This document shows positions 49,586 through 63,343 of a DNA stretch of 64,000 bases, in pieces. Position numbers and translations under genes: made by a program. The DNA is taken from positions 868,001 through 932,000 of the forward strand of contig JASTWF010000070.1 in the NCBI GenBank assembly GCA_030390025.1, in the 5' to 3' direction. Each line of letters opens with the position of its first letter. Positions within the stretch are counted from its first letter, which is position 1. The DNA comes from Squalus acanthias (taxonomy: Eukaryota). Under the pieces are notes generated by a model. The model worked only from the letters and a program-made list of their open reading frames with translations, searched no databases and was not told where the DNA came from.

Positions 49586-49775
49586 TGAAGTTGGATCGGG
49601 ACTTAAGGCAGGAGTCACAGCAAACAGCCTATTTTACAGCAAACAAACTATATTTGCTCAGCAAACAGAGTTTAATTAAGCAGCGCAGTATAGCAAACAG
49701 TCTACAGAGTCTATTTAAAAAGAGTCTGTACGAACTACAGCAAATAGAATTCCTGACCCAAACTACAGCAACTCT

Positions 49776-49880
49776 CCGTCTCTCACTGTATCTCTCTGAC
49801 TCTCTCTCTCTCTGTCTCTCTCTTTCTCTCTCTCTTTCTCTCTCTGTCTCTGTCTCTCTCTCTTTCTGTCTCTCTCTCTG
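49776..49880. repeat. (CT)n microsatellite
   Basis: Seen directly. Confidence 0.9.
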
Positions 49881-50624
49881 ATAGCTCAGCGAACATGCAC
49901 AGGAAGTACAATCAGACATAGTTTACAATTTTGCTTTGATATTGTGATTCACACACATCTAAAAACTTAATCATGATTCTAGAAACAAAAATTGGGGAAT
50001 AAGCGTCATTCAATCAACAATGTTCACGACAACACATTTTTCAATTAAATGCATGCAATGGTTACACACAAAACCATCATGAATTAATAGGAATGTGTGT
50101 TTCGGCCATCAGATCATGAATGCTAACCATATCCATTGGATGTAAACCTTCCTTCACAAACGCCAGTGATGCTAACTAACAAATTTCAGAAGAAAAGATC
50201 TCTGGAAATTGCTTCTCAACTCCCTTACAACATCAAGCAATCTCCAGCAGAACATGGTTACCAACAATTCCAGTTCTACTTAATATACTTTCGACTTACT
50301 GCCATGTGTTATTACTGGATGTTTCTCAAATTGTGGAATAGAATAGATTTCTGCAACACTTTCTATTGCACAAGGTGTAGGTTGTCTTTAAACGCACGCG
50401 TACAGATACCGAAAGGCATTCATTTATTCTGGATTGCATTTTATTCACAAGAACAATTGTTAGAAAATTTCTCCCAGGTATCATCGGAGGGGATCAGGCC
50501 TTCCCAAGTACGGCCTGGTGTTGGTCGGTTAAGTAGCGGATTTTCCGTCCTCAAATGGCCTTGTGGTTGAAATCTCTGTTTGGAGAGTGTTCAATTCAGC
50601 AGTTACAGAATATAACTACCTCTC

Positions 50625-51015
50625 CTGCTCGCCTCTGAGTCAGAAGCTGTTGGGTTCAAGTCCCACTCCAGAGGCTTGAGCACATAATCCAGGCTAATAT
50701 CCCAGTGCCAGCACTGAGGGAGCGCCGTACTGTCGGAGGAGCCGCCTTTCGGATGAGGCGTTAAACCGAAGCCCGATCTGCCCTCTCAGGTGGACGTAAA
50801 ATATACCACGGCACTATTTCGAAGAAGAGCTGGGGTTCACCTGGTAAATATTTATCCCTCAACCAACATCACTAAAACAGATTATCTGGAAACTATCACG
50901 TTGCTGTTTGTGGGATCTTGCTGTGCGCAATATGGCTGAAGCGTTTCCTACATTACAACAGTGACTGCACTTTAAAAGTACTGCCTTGTCTCTGAGCGTT
51001 TTGGGACATCCTGAA
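50625..51015 (+). mobile_element. tRNA-derived shark SINE (DeuSINE/SacSINE-like)
   Basis: B-box-like gggttcaagtccc head. Body shared with ~52611-52770 plus 53325-53620 (split by a CR1 fragment) and ~18982-19200. Confidence 0.7.
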
Positions 51016-54000
51016 ATCTGGACTGGGAGTTGGACCCACAAACTTCCAAGTCAAGAGGCGAGAGTGCGAGCAACTGCACCACTGCTAACACCTGAACATG
51101 CACTCGTTTACTTATCCTACTTCAGTGTGAATCACGACTGTACTGTGGGGAAGAACACGGTTCCCCAACCTTTTATTTCAGAAATATAACGGGCGTGAAC
51201 AAAACCTCTCAAGAAATAAGCAAAATTAATATCCCGTTAATCAATCCGTCCCGTTTACTCAATTAGCATAAGGTAAGTTGGTCAGAATGCACAGTACTCC
51301 AAATGTTGGGCCCCAGTTTTAATATACACTGAATGGAAACTCGCGACACAGCGCCCCTAGCGGCCAACATACATATCTACTAAAATCAAGAAATTCTTTG
51401 AGGGACCTGATGGCCAATTAGGAGGTAGGATGTTTGGACACATATTTATCATATCCAGCATCTCGCTGGGATAAATTCTCTTCTCATTCCTAAAAATAAT
51501 GGCAGAATCTAATTACAAAATAACAATTCATCAATTCCAGTGATGAGGGACTTCAGTTACATGGATGGACTGGAGAAGCTGGGCTTGTTCTCCTTAGAGC
51601 AGAGAAGGTTGAGATGAGATTTGATAGAGGTGTTCAAAATCGTGAGGGGTCGAGACAGAGTAGATAGAGAGAAACTGTTCCCATTGGCAGAAGGGCCGAG
51701 AACCAGAGGACACGGATTTAAGGTGATTGGCAAAAAACAGAGGCGACATGAGGATAAACCTCTTTACGCAGCGAGTGGTTAGGATCTGGCATGCACTGCC
51801 GGAAAGGGTGGTGGAGGCAGACCCAATCGTGGCTTTCAAAGGGGAATTGGAAAAGTATCTGAAGGAAAGAAATTTGCAGGGCTACGGGGAAAGTGTGCGG
51901 GGAGTGGGATTAGCAGACGTGCTCTTGTGGAGAGCTGGCGCTCGCTCGACGGGCCGAATGGCCACCTTCTGTGCTGTAACCATTCTACGATTCTATGATT
52001 TTAAACTTCTAGTGCATTGTTCTATTTTAGGAAAAAAAAATAATTTGCTTGCGGGAAATTTCCAACAAACTGGTCACTAACTTGCTACAGTGGCACCAGC
52101 CCAGGCAAAAAGAAAGACAAATGCGACACCAGAACGTTCTCATTGTTTAAAGTTAGATTGCATATTGCCATCGTACTGATACACTGGATTATCTTTAGAA
52201 TACGCTAAGCGGTGTTTGAAAAAGCAATACATTCTGCATATATCCTGGCGAGTGCACAGAGATAGGAACATAGGAACAGGAGGAGGCCATTCAGCTCCTC
52301 CAGCCTGTTCCGCCATTCAATGAGATCACGCTGATCTGTACCTTAACTCCATCTACCCGCCCTGGTTCCGTAACCCTTAATACCCTTACCCAAGAAAAAT
52401 CTATCAATCTCAGTTTTCAAATTTTCAATTGACCCCCAACCTCAACGCTTTTGCGGGGAGAGAGTTCCAGATTTCAACTGCACTTTGTGTGAAGAAGTGC
52501 CTCCTGCCATCACCCCTGAACGGCCTGTCTCTAATTTTAAGGTTATGCCCCCTTGTTCTGGTCTCCCCCACCAGAGGAAATATTTTCCCTCTATCTAAAG
52601 GAGAGACATCTGTTGCCGAGTTGGTAGCATCCTCGCCTCTGAGTCAGAAAGTGCTGGGTTAAATTTTCGCTCCAGAGACTTGAGCACAAAAACCTAGGCT
52701 GACACTCCCAGTGCAGTATTGAGGGAGCGCTGCACTGTCAGAGCTGCCGTCTTTCAGATGAAGCACTAAACTGTGAACAGTTTTGGTCTGTTATCTAAGC
52801 AAGGATACACTTACATTGGAGGCGATGCAACGAATGTTCCTAGATTGATTCCTGGGATGAGAGGGCTGTCTTATGATGAGAGATTGTATAGAATGAGCCT
52901 ATACTCGTTGGAGTTTAGAAGAATGAGAGGTGATCTCATTGAAACATATAAGATTCTGAAGGGGATTGACAGGGTACAAGCTAAGAGGTTGTTTCCCCTG
53001 GCTGGGGAGTCTAGAACGAGGGGCATAGGCTTAGGATAAGGGGTTGGCCATTTAAGCCTGAGATGAGGAGGAATTTCTTCACTCAGAGGGTGGTGAATCT
53101 TTGGAATTCTCTACCTCAGAGGGCTGTGGAGGCTGAGTCTTTGAGTATATTCAAGGCTGAGATCGATAGATTTTTGGACTCTCGGGGAATCACGGGATAT
53201 GGAGAAGGGGCGGGAAAGTGGAGTTGATGTCGATGATCAGTCATGATCTTATTGAATGGTAGAGCAGGCTTGATGGGCCGTATGGCCTACTGCTGCTCTT
53301 ATTTCTTTATTCTTATGTTCTTATGAGGCCCTGTCAGCCCTCTCAGTTTGACGTAAATGATGCAATGGCAATATATCAAGGAAACCCAGGGTAGTTAGCC
53401 GTGGAGTCCTGGCCAATATCTATCCCTCAACCAACATCACTAAAATATAGAAGATCTGGTCATTATCACATTGGTCTTTGTGGGAGCTTGCTGTGTGCAA
53501 ATTGGCTGCTGCGTTTCCTACATTACAACAGTGACTACATTTCAAAAAAAGTACTTCATTGGCTGTAAATCGCTTTGGGACGTCCGGTGGTGGTGAAAGG
53601 CGCAATAGAAATGCAATTCTTTCTATTTTCTATCTACTTTAATCATCTTAAGCTCCTTAGTTTGAGATAGTTTAGGAGTTTGTTGAGAGTCTCTGTGGCT
53701 TTACATTGCAAGTTAAGTTACAGTTTCCACCTGCTGTGGATTCTTTCGTAAATCTGATGAATCCCATTCGTGTTCTCGCCTCTTTCCCGCCTTCTTTAAT
53801 GATTACATTTTCAATGCAGCAAAATCCGCCGATATGTCGAGTCTGGTCACGCGGGCCGCCCCGAGTCTGGAAAACATGTTAAAACAGGGATATATATAAA
53901 TATTTGAATCGCGTTTACATGAGCTTACTCGTTCTCCATAAGACACGGACCTGGCTTACTGTTTATAGGCAACAGTAGACGGATATTAATCATAAATAAT

Positions 54001-54645
54001 CACAAGTTAGAAAACAAATGATAATTTTTAAAATGAAAGTGTTCCTTCGGACAGCTGCACTGTTTGATTGGTTGACACGTCGAACCAATCCAATCAGCCG
54101 TTTCGTCATACGCCATCTGCCAGGAAAAGTATTTCCAGGGTCAAGGGGCACAGTTCCGAACAATGGCCCCTGGTCATTGGTTTAAGAGAATGTAAACCGC
54201 TGCTATGGCGCCCCTACCGGCAAGCGAAGAGTCTGCGTATGCCTGGGACCTCAATGAAAAAGCTGTTTGCCAGTTAGGAGGGCCAAGCTCGCTGCTTAGT
54301 GGCGGAGACAGATAGCAACAGTTTCTCGTTGTAGCACACAGAAACATACATACACACAAACACATACACACATAAACGTACGCCTGGAAGGACAAGGGGA
54401 GCAGACGCAAGGAAACACCTCCAACTTCCCCTCCAAGTCACACGCCACCCTGACTTGGAAGTATATCGGCCGTTCCATCATCGTTGCTGGGTCAAAATCC
54501 TGGAACTCCCTCCCTAAGAGCACTGTGGGAGCACCACACGGGACTGCAGCGGTTCAAGTAGGCGGCTCACCACCACCTTCTCAAGGGCAACTCGGGATGG
54601 GCAATAAATGCCGGCCTTGCCAGCGACGCCAACATCCCATGAATA

Positions 54646-57600
54646 AAGATAAATATACACACACTCACAGATACACACATATACACACAGACATACTCAC
54701 ACATACACAAACACATATACACCTCGACACATATACACACACACAGACGCACACACACACACACGCACAAATAAAAATACAGACTCACCCACGTATAAAG
54801 ACAGACATACACATGCACAGAAACGCAATCTTAAGTCTTGTATATCGACTTAGCATGGAAGCCATTTCGCAACATAGTTTGAGTTATCTTCACAATTATC
54901 CAGGAATGTCGTCGCATTTCTGCATCTCTATAATAATTCCTGTGGCTAAAGTATTAAAAACAATCACCACACCGGGGTCGACTCCCTGTAGAAATAATAA
55001 AAACGCTGTAAAATCTGGTTATCTGAAATACAAACAAAAACTGCTGGAATGACACTGCGGATGAGTGTCTGTCGAAGGCATTAAGCCAAATACATTAACT
55101 GATCATTGCTTTCAGTAGATGAATGTGCGGTTGATGGATTCGCTCTGTTTCCAATCGGAGCGATAATGGGGATTGGATGGAAATTAAGATGACGTAGACC
55201 GCGGTCTGCTCTCTGTTCACGGGGCGAAACATTCATTTGAAGCTAAAACTGTACGCGAACAAAATATGAAACAAGCATTAATTCTGGTAAATCCTTGGTC
55301 ACGTGCCATAAATATTGAGAATAGAATTGTGGGATGGTCTTTGAATCAATCTTAAAAGAACGTGGAAAATATAAAAAATATACCATTGAAATCGGAGTTG
55401 GAGTTAACTGGTTTTGATACAATGCTGGAAAGCTACCACAGTGAGTGGTTGAGGCGAAGAGCATATATGCAATTAAGGGGAAGCTAGATAAACACATGAG
55501 GGAGAAAGGAATAGAAGGATGTGCTGATAGGGTGAGATGGAGACGGGTGGAATGAAGCTCGTGTCGACCATAAACTCCGGCATGGACCAGTTGGGCCGAA
55601 TGGCCTGTGTCTGTGCTGCACATTCTATGTAATTCTATGGACGGCGCCTATGGAAACTATGTCAAGGGTGGCCATCTTCAGAAGAATGAAGCGGTATGGA
55701 AACTGGGAGCTCAGAGATAGTTACATCAATTTTAATATTAGAATTAATTTCTGTTATAACTGGTTTTGAATTGAGCAGACCATTTAATACCTTCCTGAAT
55801 TTCTGAACAGTGATGCGGAAATGCCTGACCTCAACTGACAAAGAAGCGAGTCTGACCTTGAAGCAGAGAGGGGCCAGCTCGTTGGCAGCGAAGAGGCGCT
55901 TTGACTGTGACCGCGCCTGTTGCTCTGAATACCACAGATCTCGCTGCTCGGGCCGCTTGCGAAGAGATGTGCAAAGTGCAGCGAGTTGCGGAAACGGCTG
56001 GCCGAGATTCTGACTTGAGCTGGAAAATAATGGCCGAGCTAGAAGCTCTCTGTGGTTTTCCTGTTTCTGCAGAATAGCCGCCCACACACAGAAAGGTCAA
56101 ACAGTGAGGCACCATTTTCAACCGCACACAGAAGACAGTTGTCACCCAGAGTAGATTCAACTGAACAGAGAGCAGACTCGAGTACATTGACCACATTTAC
56201 AGCCTCCCCTTCCATGTGGCACCGCGTCCTGTTTACCTGCATTGCCCAGTGTTTGCACAGGAATAATTGATCCTAGTCTGACCCTCAATATCATTCATTA
56301 AATATCCTCTCCCCCCACCACCGGCGCACCGTGGCTGCAGTGTGTACTATCTCCATACAAGATGCACTGCAGCAACTCACCAAGGCTCCTCCGACAGCAA
56401 CTCCCAAACCCGCGGCCTCTACCGCCAAGAAGGACAAGGACAGCAGGCGCATGGTAATACCATCACCTTCAATTTCCCCGCTCCAAGTCAAACACACCAT
56501 CCTGACTTGGACAAATATCGGCCGTTCCTTCATCGTCGCTGGGTCAAAATGCTGGAACTCCCTCCCTAAGAGCACTGTGGGAGCACCACACGGGACTGCA
56601 GCGGTTCAAGAAGGCGGCTCACCACCACCTTCTCAAGGGCAACTCGGGATGGGCAATAACTGCCGGCCTTGCCAGCGACGCCCACATCCCATGAATAAAG
56701 AGAAATATACACACACTCACAGATACACACATATACACACAGACATACTCACACATACACAAACACATATACACCTCGACACATATACACACACACAGAC
56801 GCGCACACACACACATGCACAAATAAAAATACAGACTCACCCACGTATAAAGACAGACATACACATGCACAGAAACGCAATCTTAAGTCTTGTATATCGA
56901 CTTAGCATGGAAGCCATTTCGCAACATAGTTTGAGTTATCTTCACAATTATCCAGGAATGTCGTCGCATTTCTGCATCTCTATAATAATTCCTGTGGCTA
57001 AAGTATTAAAAACAATCACCACACCGGAGTCGGCTGGGGGTACCTCGACTCCCTGTAGAAATAATAAAAACGCTGTAAAATCTGGGTATCTGAAATACAA
57101 ACAAAAACTGCTGGAATGACACTGCGGATGAGTGTCTGTCGAAGGCATTAAGCCAAAGACATGAACTTATCATTTCTATCAGTCGATGAATGTGCGGTTG
57201 ATGGATTCGCTCTGTTTGCAATCGGAGCGATAACGGGGATTGGATGGAAATTAAGATGACGTAGCCCGCGGTCTGCTCTCTGTTCACGGGGCGAAACATT
57301 CATTTGAAGCTAAAACTGTACGCGAACAAAATATGAAACAAGCATTAATTCTGGTAAATCCTTGGTCACGTGCCATAAATATTGAGAATAGAATTGTGGG
57401 ATGGTCTTTGAATCAATCTTAAAAGAACGTGGAAAATATAAAAAATATACCATTGAAATCGGAGTTGGAGTTAACTGGTTTTGATACAATGCTGGAAAGC
57501 TACCACAGTGAGTGGTTGAGGCGAAGAGCATATATGCAATTCAGGGGAAGCTAGATAAACACATGAGGGAGAAAGGAATAGAAGGATATGCTGATAGGCT

Positions 57601-58764
57601 GAGATGCAGACGGGTGGAATGAAGCTCCTGTCGACCATTAACACCGGCATGGACCAGTTGGGCCGAATGGCCTGTGTCTGTGCTGCACATTCTGTGTAAT
57701 TCTATGGACGGCGCCTATGGAACCTATGTCAAGGGTGGCCATCTTCAGAAGAATGAAGCGGTATGGAAACTGGGAGCTAAGAAATAGTTACGTCAATTTT
57801 AATATTAGAATTCATTTCTGTTATAACTGGTTTTGAATTGAGCAGACCATTTAATACCTTCCTGAATTTCTGAACAGTGATGCGGAAATGCCTGACCTCA
57901 ACTGACAAAGAAGCGAGACTGAGCTTGAAGCAGAGAGGGGCCAGCTCGTTGGCAGCGAAGAGGCGCTTTGACTGTGACCGCGCCTGTTGCTCTGACTACC
58001 ACAGATCTCGCTGCTCGGGCCGCTTGCGAAGAGATGTGCAAAGTGCAGCGAGTTGCGGAAAAAGCTGGCCGAGATTCTGACTTGAGCTGGAAAATAATGG
58101 CCGAGCTAGAAGCTCTCTGTGGTTTTCCTGTTTCTGCAGAATAGCCGCCCACACACAGAAAGGTCAAACAGTGAGGCACCATTTTCAACCGCACACAGAA
58201 GACAGTTGTCACCCAGAGTAGATTCAACTGAACAGAGAGCAGACTCGAGTACATTGACCACATTTACAGCCTCCCCTTCCATGTGGCACCGCGTCCTGTT
58301 TACCTGCATTGCCCAGTGTTTGCACAGGAATAATTGATCCTATTCTGACCCTCAATATCATTCATTAAATATCCTCTCCCCCCACCACCGGCGCACCGTG
58401 GCTGCAGTGTGTACTATCTCCATACAAGATGCACTGCAGCAACTCACCAAGGCTCCTCCGACAGCAACTCCCAAACCCGCGGCCTCTACCGCCTAGAAGG
58501 ACAAGGACAGCAGGCGCATGGTAATACCATCACCTTCAATTTCCCCGCTCCAAGTCAAACACACCATCCTGACTTGGACAAATATCGGCAGTTCCTTCAT
58601 CGTCGCTGGGTCAAAATACTGGAACTCCCTCGGGAACAGCACTGTGGGAGCAGCTTCACCTCACGGACTGCAGCGGTTCAAGGATGTCCACCACCGCATT
58701 ATCAAGGGCAACTAGGGATGGGCAATAAATGCCGGCCTTGCCAGCGCCGCCTACATCCCGTGAA
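54646..58764. repeat. Recent tandem duplication, two units of ~2.05-2.07 kb, bounded by SINE-like copies
   Basis: Near-identical ORFs offset by 2067 nt (55810/57877, 56052/58119). Related elements at ~54385-54645, 56310-56697 and 58377-58764. Each unit begins with a CA-rich tract. Confidence 0.93.
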
Positions 58765-59128
58765 TGAATTAAATACAATTCTCAACTTTAACTGCCAAAA
58801 TTAAAATTCAGAACAATGACAAAAGCACACATCCATACCATGACCTTTCTGTCACACTCTCCGAACTATAATCGAAAGCTCTTTATATCCACACTGCATT
58901 TTGTATTAGACTGACCGCTATGACGCACAGACGCTGCCCACATGTAAAATCCACGAGGCGTGGGATCCAACAAGATACTGCATCTAAAGGCTTAGCGCGG
59001 AATAGTTTCCACCGCATCTGAAGCGGGTGTAACCAACTGTGTGTGCGCTCGGGTCACTCGGCGCCCACTCCGAATGCAGAATGTTGAGAGCGAGCACGGG
59101 AATAACTGAGCGCGGTACCGGCCTCAAG

Positions 59129-62100
59129 ATGTTCAAGGCAGCTTTTTCCCTGATCCTCATTGTCCACGTGTTCTGGCCTTACGGTGAGTGAGACACGGTT
59201 CCAATCTCCTAAATGGAATCAGCCAAAAACTGGAAACAATGGACTGTGTTTACTAAGTTGAAAATGTGACCGGGCTAACAACTTTTGGGCTGATATTTTC
59301 TCCCCCTCCCTATCTCTGTAACCTCCTCCAGCCCTGCAACCCTCCGAGATCTCGGCGCTCCTCCAATTCTGGCCTCTTGCGGATCCCCCGATTTCCATCG
59401 CTCCACCATTGGAGGCCGTGGCTGGGGCCCAAGCTCTGAAATTCCCTCCCTAAACCTCTCCGCCTCTCTCTCCTCCTTTAAGACGTTCCTTAGCACTTAG
59501 CTCTTTGACCAAGCTTTTGGCCACCTGTCCTAATATCTCTTTCTGTGGCTCGGTGTCAAATTTGTGTAAAGCGCCTGGGGTCCTTTAATTACTTTAAAGT
59601 CGCTGTATCAAAGAAAGTTGTTGTTGATCATATTGGTTTACTTTCTGGTCCTTTTATAAGGCGAAGTAAAGGCAAACTAGAGAATGGATATAACCAGCAA
59701 TAACTGAAGGCAATAATGATGCTGTTCTTAAATTACAGGCGAGGTGATTCAACGCAGCTTCTTTCTATCGCTCAATAATCAGTTCTAATGTCACAATAAT
59801 CCCTCTAGTTGCAGAATCCCAGCCCTTTCTGTCTCGGAGCCCCTTCACAGTGACAGCCGGAGTCGGCCAGTCGGTTGAATTGGAATGTCGCCAGATTTAT
59901 GAAGTGTATTTGGTGAATAGCTATTTCTGGTACAAGCAGTGTGTGGGTGAAGCCCCGAGACTAATCGATACCGCATCCTGTAATCAGACCGATTGCAAGT
60001 TTACTTCTAAAAAAGGACACACCGAAAAAATACTGATCCTGGAAATCCGCAATGTACAGGTGGCTGACACCGGCTCCTATTACTGTGCTGCTCGGGTTGG
60101 CTATGCACCGCTCCGGAATGGATGCACACTGCTGGTTGGAGGTAAGAGCAAAACCAAATTGAATTCAGATCATGCACAGCAATATCATTCGGTGTAAACT
60201 AAGATTTAACTGTCTCACAATCCCTGTCCAGACAGTTCCATACCGACTGTGATGGTGTTTGCTCCGCCGGGGGAGCCGTATTTAAGGGACACCGTCCCCT
60301 TGGTGTGTTTGGTCACTGGCGTCTCCTCGAACCAGATTGCTATTTACTGGAACGTTACCGGACAGTTGACCGAGGGACGGAGCGATTCAGGTATACTGGA
60401 CCCGAACGGGACCTACAGCATCAGAAGCCATGTGATGGTCTCGGGGGAAGCCTGGAGAAGCGGCGGGGTCTGCACCTGTATTGTTGAGCTGGGTTCCAAG
60501 GACAAATCTTGGGCCAAGAGCGTGTCGCGCCTCAAAATAGTGGCAGGTAAGTCGGTGATCTGTAAGGCGAAGGTCAGTATTCAGCTTTAGCTTCAGTTGG
60601 AGTAGTTCACTCGCTCCTAAGCGCCTGAAGTCTGTAAATAAAGCAACACCACGGGATGAACATGAATATCTATATATCAGGAGAATAGTGCGGTCAGTCT
60701 GTTATAAAATACATTGAAATAAGCTACGGTTACCTTCCGTCCCAGGTCTTCTAAATACTTTCTCCGCTCTTGGATGACTTTAGATTTCTGCGGGTCATCT
60801 AAGAATCAAAGAATGATACAGCACAGAAGGAGGCCATTCGGCCCATCGTGCCTGTGCCGGCTCTTTGAAAGAGCTCTCCAATTAATACCACTCCGCCCCT
60901 GCTCTTTCCCCACAGTCCTTGCAAAATTTTCCCCTTCAAGAATTTATCGGACTCCCTTTTGAAAGTTAATAGTGAATCAGCTTCCATCGCCCTTTCAGGC
61001 AGCGCATCCTGGAATGGATTGGAGTGAACGCACTTTCTGAACTGAAACTAGTCTCAAGATGCATTGAAATAGTTGGCTGAACGCGTCTGCTGGGATCAGA
61101 CGCTCGCTCATTTCCACCCGTTTATTTTCTTGTTTCCCGTTTTAAAGACCCGAACCACCCTTATCGAACCCCACGTTGCTAGTGAAATATATTTTCATTT
61201 AATCGGGTTATGAAACTTCACGGAAATTGGGTAATTGTTCCAGTTTAGCACACATAAAACATGGGGGTATATATGCTCAAATCTTTGAAGGTGTCAGGAC
61301 CAGTCGAGAAGATTGCTAAAAAACATATGGGCTCTTTGGCTTTATTAATAGAGGAATAGAGTACAGAAGCAAGGAAGTTATGCTAAACATTTATAAAGCA
61401 ATGGTTGAGCCACAGCTGGAGTATTGTGTCTAATTCTGGCCAAAACACTTTAGGAAGGATGTCAAGCCCTTGGAGACGGTGGAGAGGAGATTTACTAGAA
61501 TGGTACAAGGGATGAGGGACTTCAGTTATGTGGAGAGACTGGAGAAGCTGGAATTGTTCTCCTTAGAGCAGAGAAGGTTAAGAGGAGATTTAATAGAGGT
61601 GTTCAATCATGAATCATGAATGGTTCCGATAGAATAAATAAGAAGAAACTGTTCCCATTGGCAGAAGGGTCGGTAACCAGAGGACACAGATTTAAGGTGA
61701 TTGGCAAATGAACCAGAGGGGAGATGAGGAAGCATTTTTTTATGCAGCGAGTTGTTGTGATCTGGAATGCGCTGCCTGAAAGGGCGGTGGAAGCAGGTTC
61801 AATTGTAACTATCAAAAGAGAATTGGATAAACACTTGAAGGGATAACATTAGCAGGGCTATGGGAAAAGAGAAGGGGAGTGGGTCTATTTGGGTAGCTCC
61901 ATCAATGAGCCTGCACAGCCACGATGGGCTGAATGGCGTCCTTCTGTGCTCTAATCATTCTATGATTCAGTTTTCAAATAGAATGTTTTGATTGTGCATT
62001 ATTAAAATTATGGGGCAATACTGAGAGTGTCGGCTGTCAATTTGACTCAGCCACTAAACTAGTGCAATGTATTCCATCATGAGGTTTCACTTGTCCAATA

Positions 62101-63343
62101 TTCGTCGCATTGGCTGGTTTGTCCTTTCACACCCCGGATTTGATGCTCCTTCATTGTAACTGGGTCAAGTTTCTCATCAGATAATCCCAGAATGTAATGA
62201 TTTGACCCAACAGCATTTTCTAAGTGTTTATCTCTGTAGGGTGGTGCAGTCCGAGCCTTCTCGTTGCAATAACTATCTCGGTGATCCTGGTTCTAATATT
62301 GATTTTCATTTCCATTTGGAATCATAAAAGCGGCAGATCAGGTGAGAATTGACCTTTAGCAGGAATATTTGAATAAATGTTTGTTTCTCGAAGCGTTAAA
62401 TACTAATTATAGTTAATTGTTTCAGAAGAACGAGTCAAGGGACCCCACAAGGAAAGGTAAGTAACTGAACCATTTACAAAGTTCATCAGTAACAGTCTCA
62501 CTGTATTTAACACTGTCAAAATCAGTTAACCCCAACTTCAATTTCAATATTTTCCACGTTCTCTTAAGATTGAATCAAAGTCCATTCCGCAATTCTGTTC
62601 TCGATATTTATGGCATGTGACCAAGGATTTACAAGAAGTAATGCTTGTTTAACATTTTTGTTTGCATATAGTTTTAGTTTGAGAGAGAGAACGATAAGAG
62701 CCGGAAGAAATGAACGACACTCAGGTGAGTTAGATTGAAATGTTGGTGGAGATAGAACATCATTTGTGGATTATTTCAAAGATCAATAAGTTAATTTCCC
62801 GCCATCAAAATGTCCTGCCATCGTTCTCCTGTCTGACGAATCTACATAAATGCAAATTATTGGTTATTAATGCTAACAATTATGTATCAGATGGATAATA
62901 GACGCCAGACACCGGGGGTGGATGATCCATGTCCATTCATTAGCGTATTGGGGTATCATTAGCATAGTGGGGGATAATTGGCATAATGGGGTATCATTGG
63001 GGTATTGTTGGACAATTAGTGGATTGGGGTAATTGGCGTATTGGGGGATTATTGGCTTATTGGGGTACCATTGGCGTATTGCTGGACCATCGTCGTATTG
63101 TATTGGGGTACCATTGGCATATTGGAGTTCCATTGGCGTATTAGGTGAGCATTGGCTTATTGGGGTACCATTGGCGTATTGCTGGATCATTGTTGTATTA
63201 GTGGACCATTGGCGCATGGTGCCTCTATAAATAAATATAGATTAGCCAGAATTTATGATATTTAAATTCATATTCTAAACTGTTAATACACAGGTGACAC
63301 CCGTCAAATGGATGCGAAGCGGACACATCAGGGTGCAATACAT
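59129..63343 (+). CDS. Non-rearranging VJ-C1-TM Ig-superfamily receptor, copy 2 (neutral TM, longer tail; probably continues beyond the window)
   Basis: Leader 59129-59183 (MFKAAFSLILIVHVFWPY); V 59809-60141; C1 60232-60546; TM 62240-62341 (GWCSPSLLVAITISVILVLILIFISIWNHKSGRS); cytoplasmic exons 62426-62456 (EERVKGPHKE), 62678-62724 (SLRERTIRAGRNERHS) and 63294-63343 (GDTRQMDAKRTHQGAIH/gtaagt). All open and phase-compatible. Confidence 0.82.
59809..60141 (+). CDS. V-set (VJ-type) exon of receptor copy 2
   Basis: 333 nt, the same length as copy 1; VELEC...WYKQ...DTGSYYC...LRNGCTLLV. Confidence 0.9.
60232..60546 (+). CDS. C1-set exon of receptor copy 2
   Basis: 315 nt, the same length as copy 1; open, phase 1-1. 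Confidence 0.9.
62935..63220. repeat. Degenerate intronic minisatellite (ggggtaccattggcgtatt-like units)
   Basis: Repeated attggggta / cattggcgtatt words. Confidence 0.75.

Noticed and set aside
50136-50570. 144-aa plus-strand ORF
   Set aside because: It has a non-ATG start, no domain signature and no supporting exon structure.
55662-56087. 141-aa minus-strand ORF in the tandem repeat
   Set aside because: No recognisable domain, and the equivalent ORF is not reported intact in the second unit.
54525-57119. His/Thr-rich ORFs of 175 and 262 aa
   Set aside because: They are read-through of SINE sequence plus CA microsatellite, not protein-like.
62873-63217. Minus-strand ORF with repeated QYAN tyrosine motifs as a signalling tail
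   Set aside because: It is antisense to the receptor and is simply the translation of a degenerate minisatellite.
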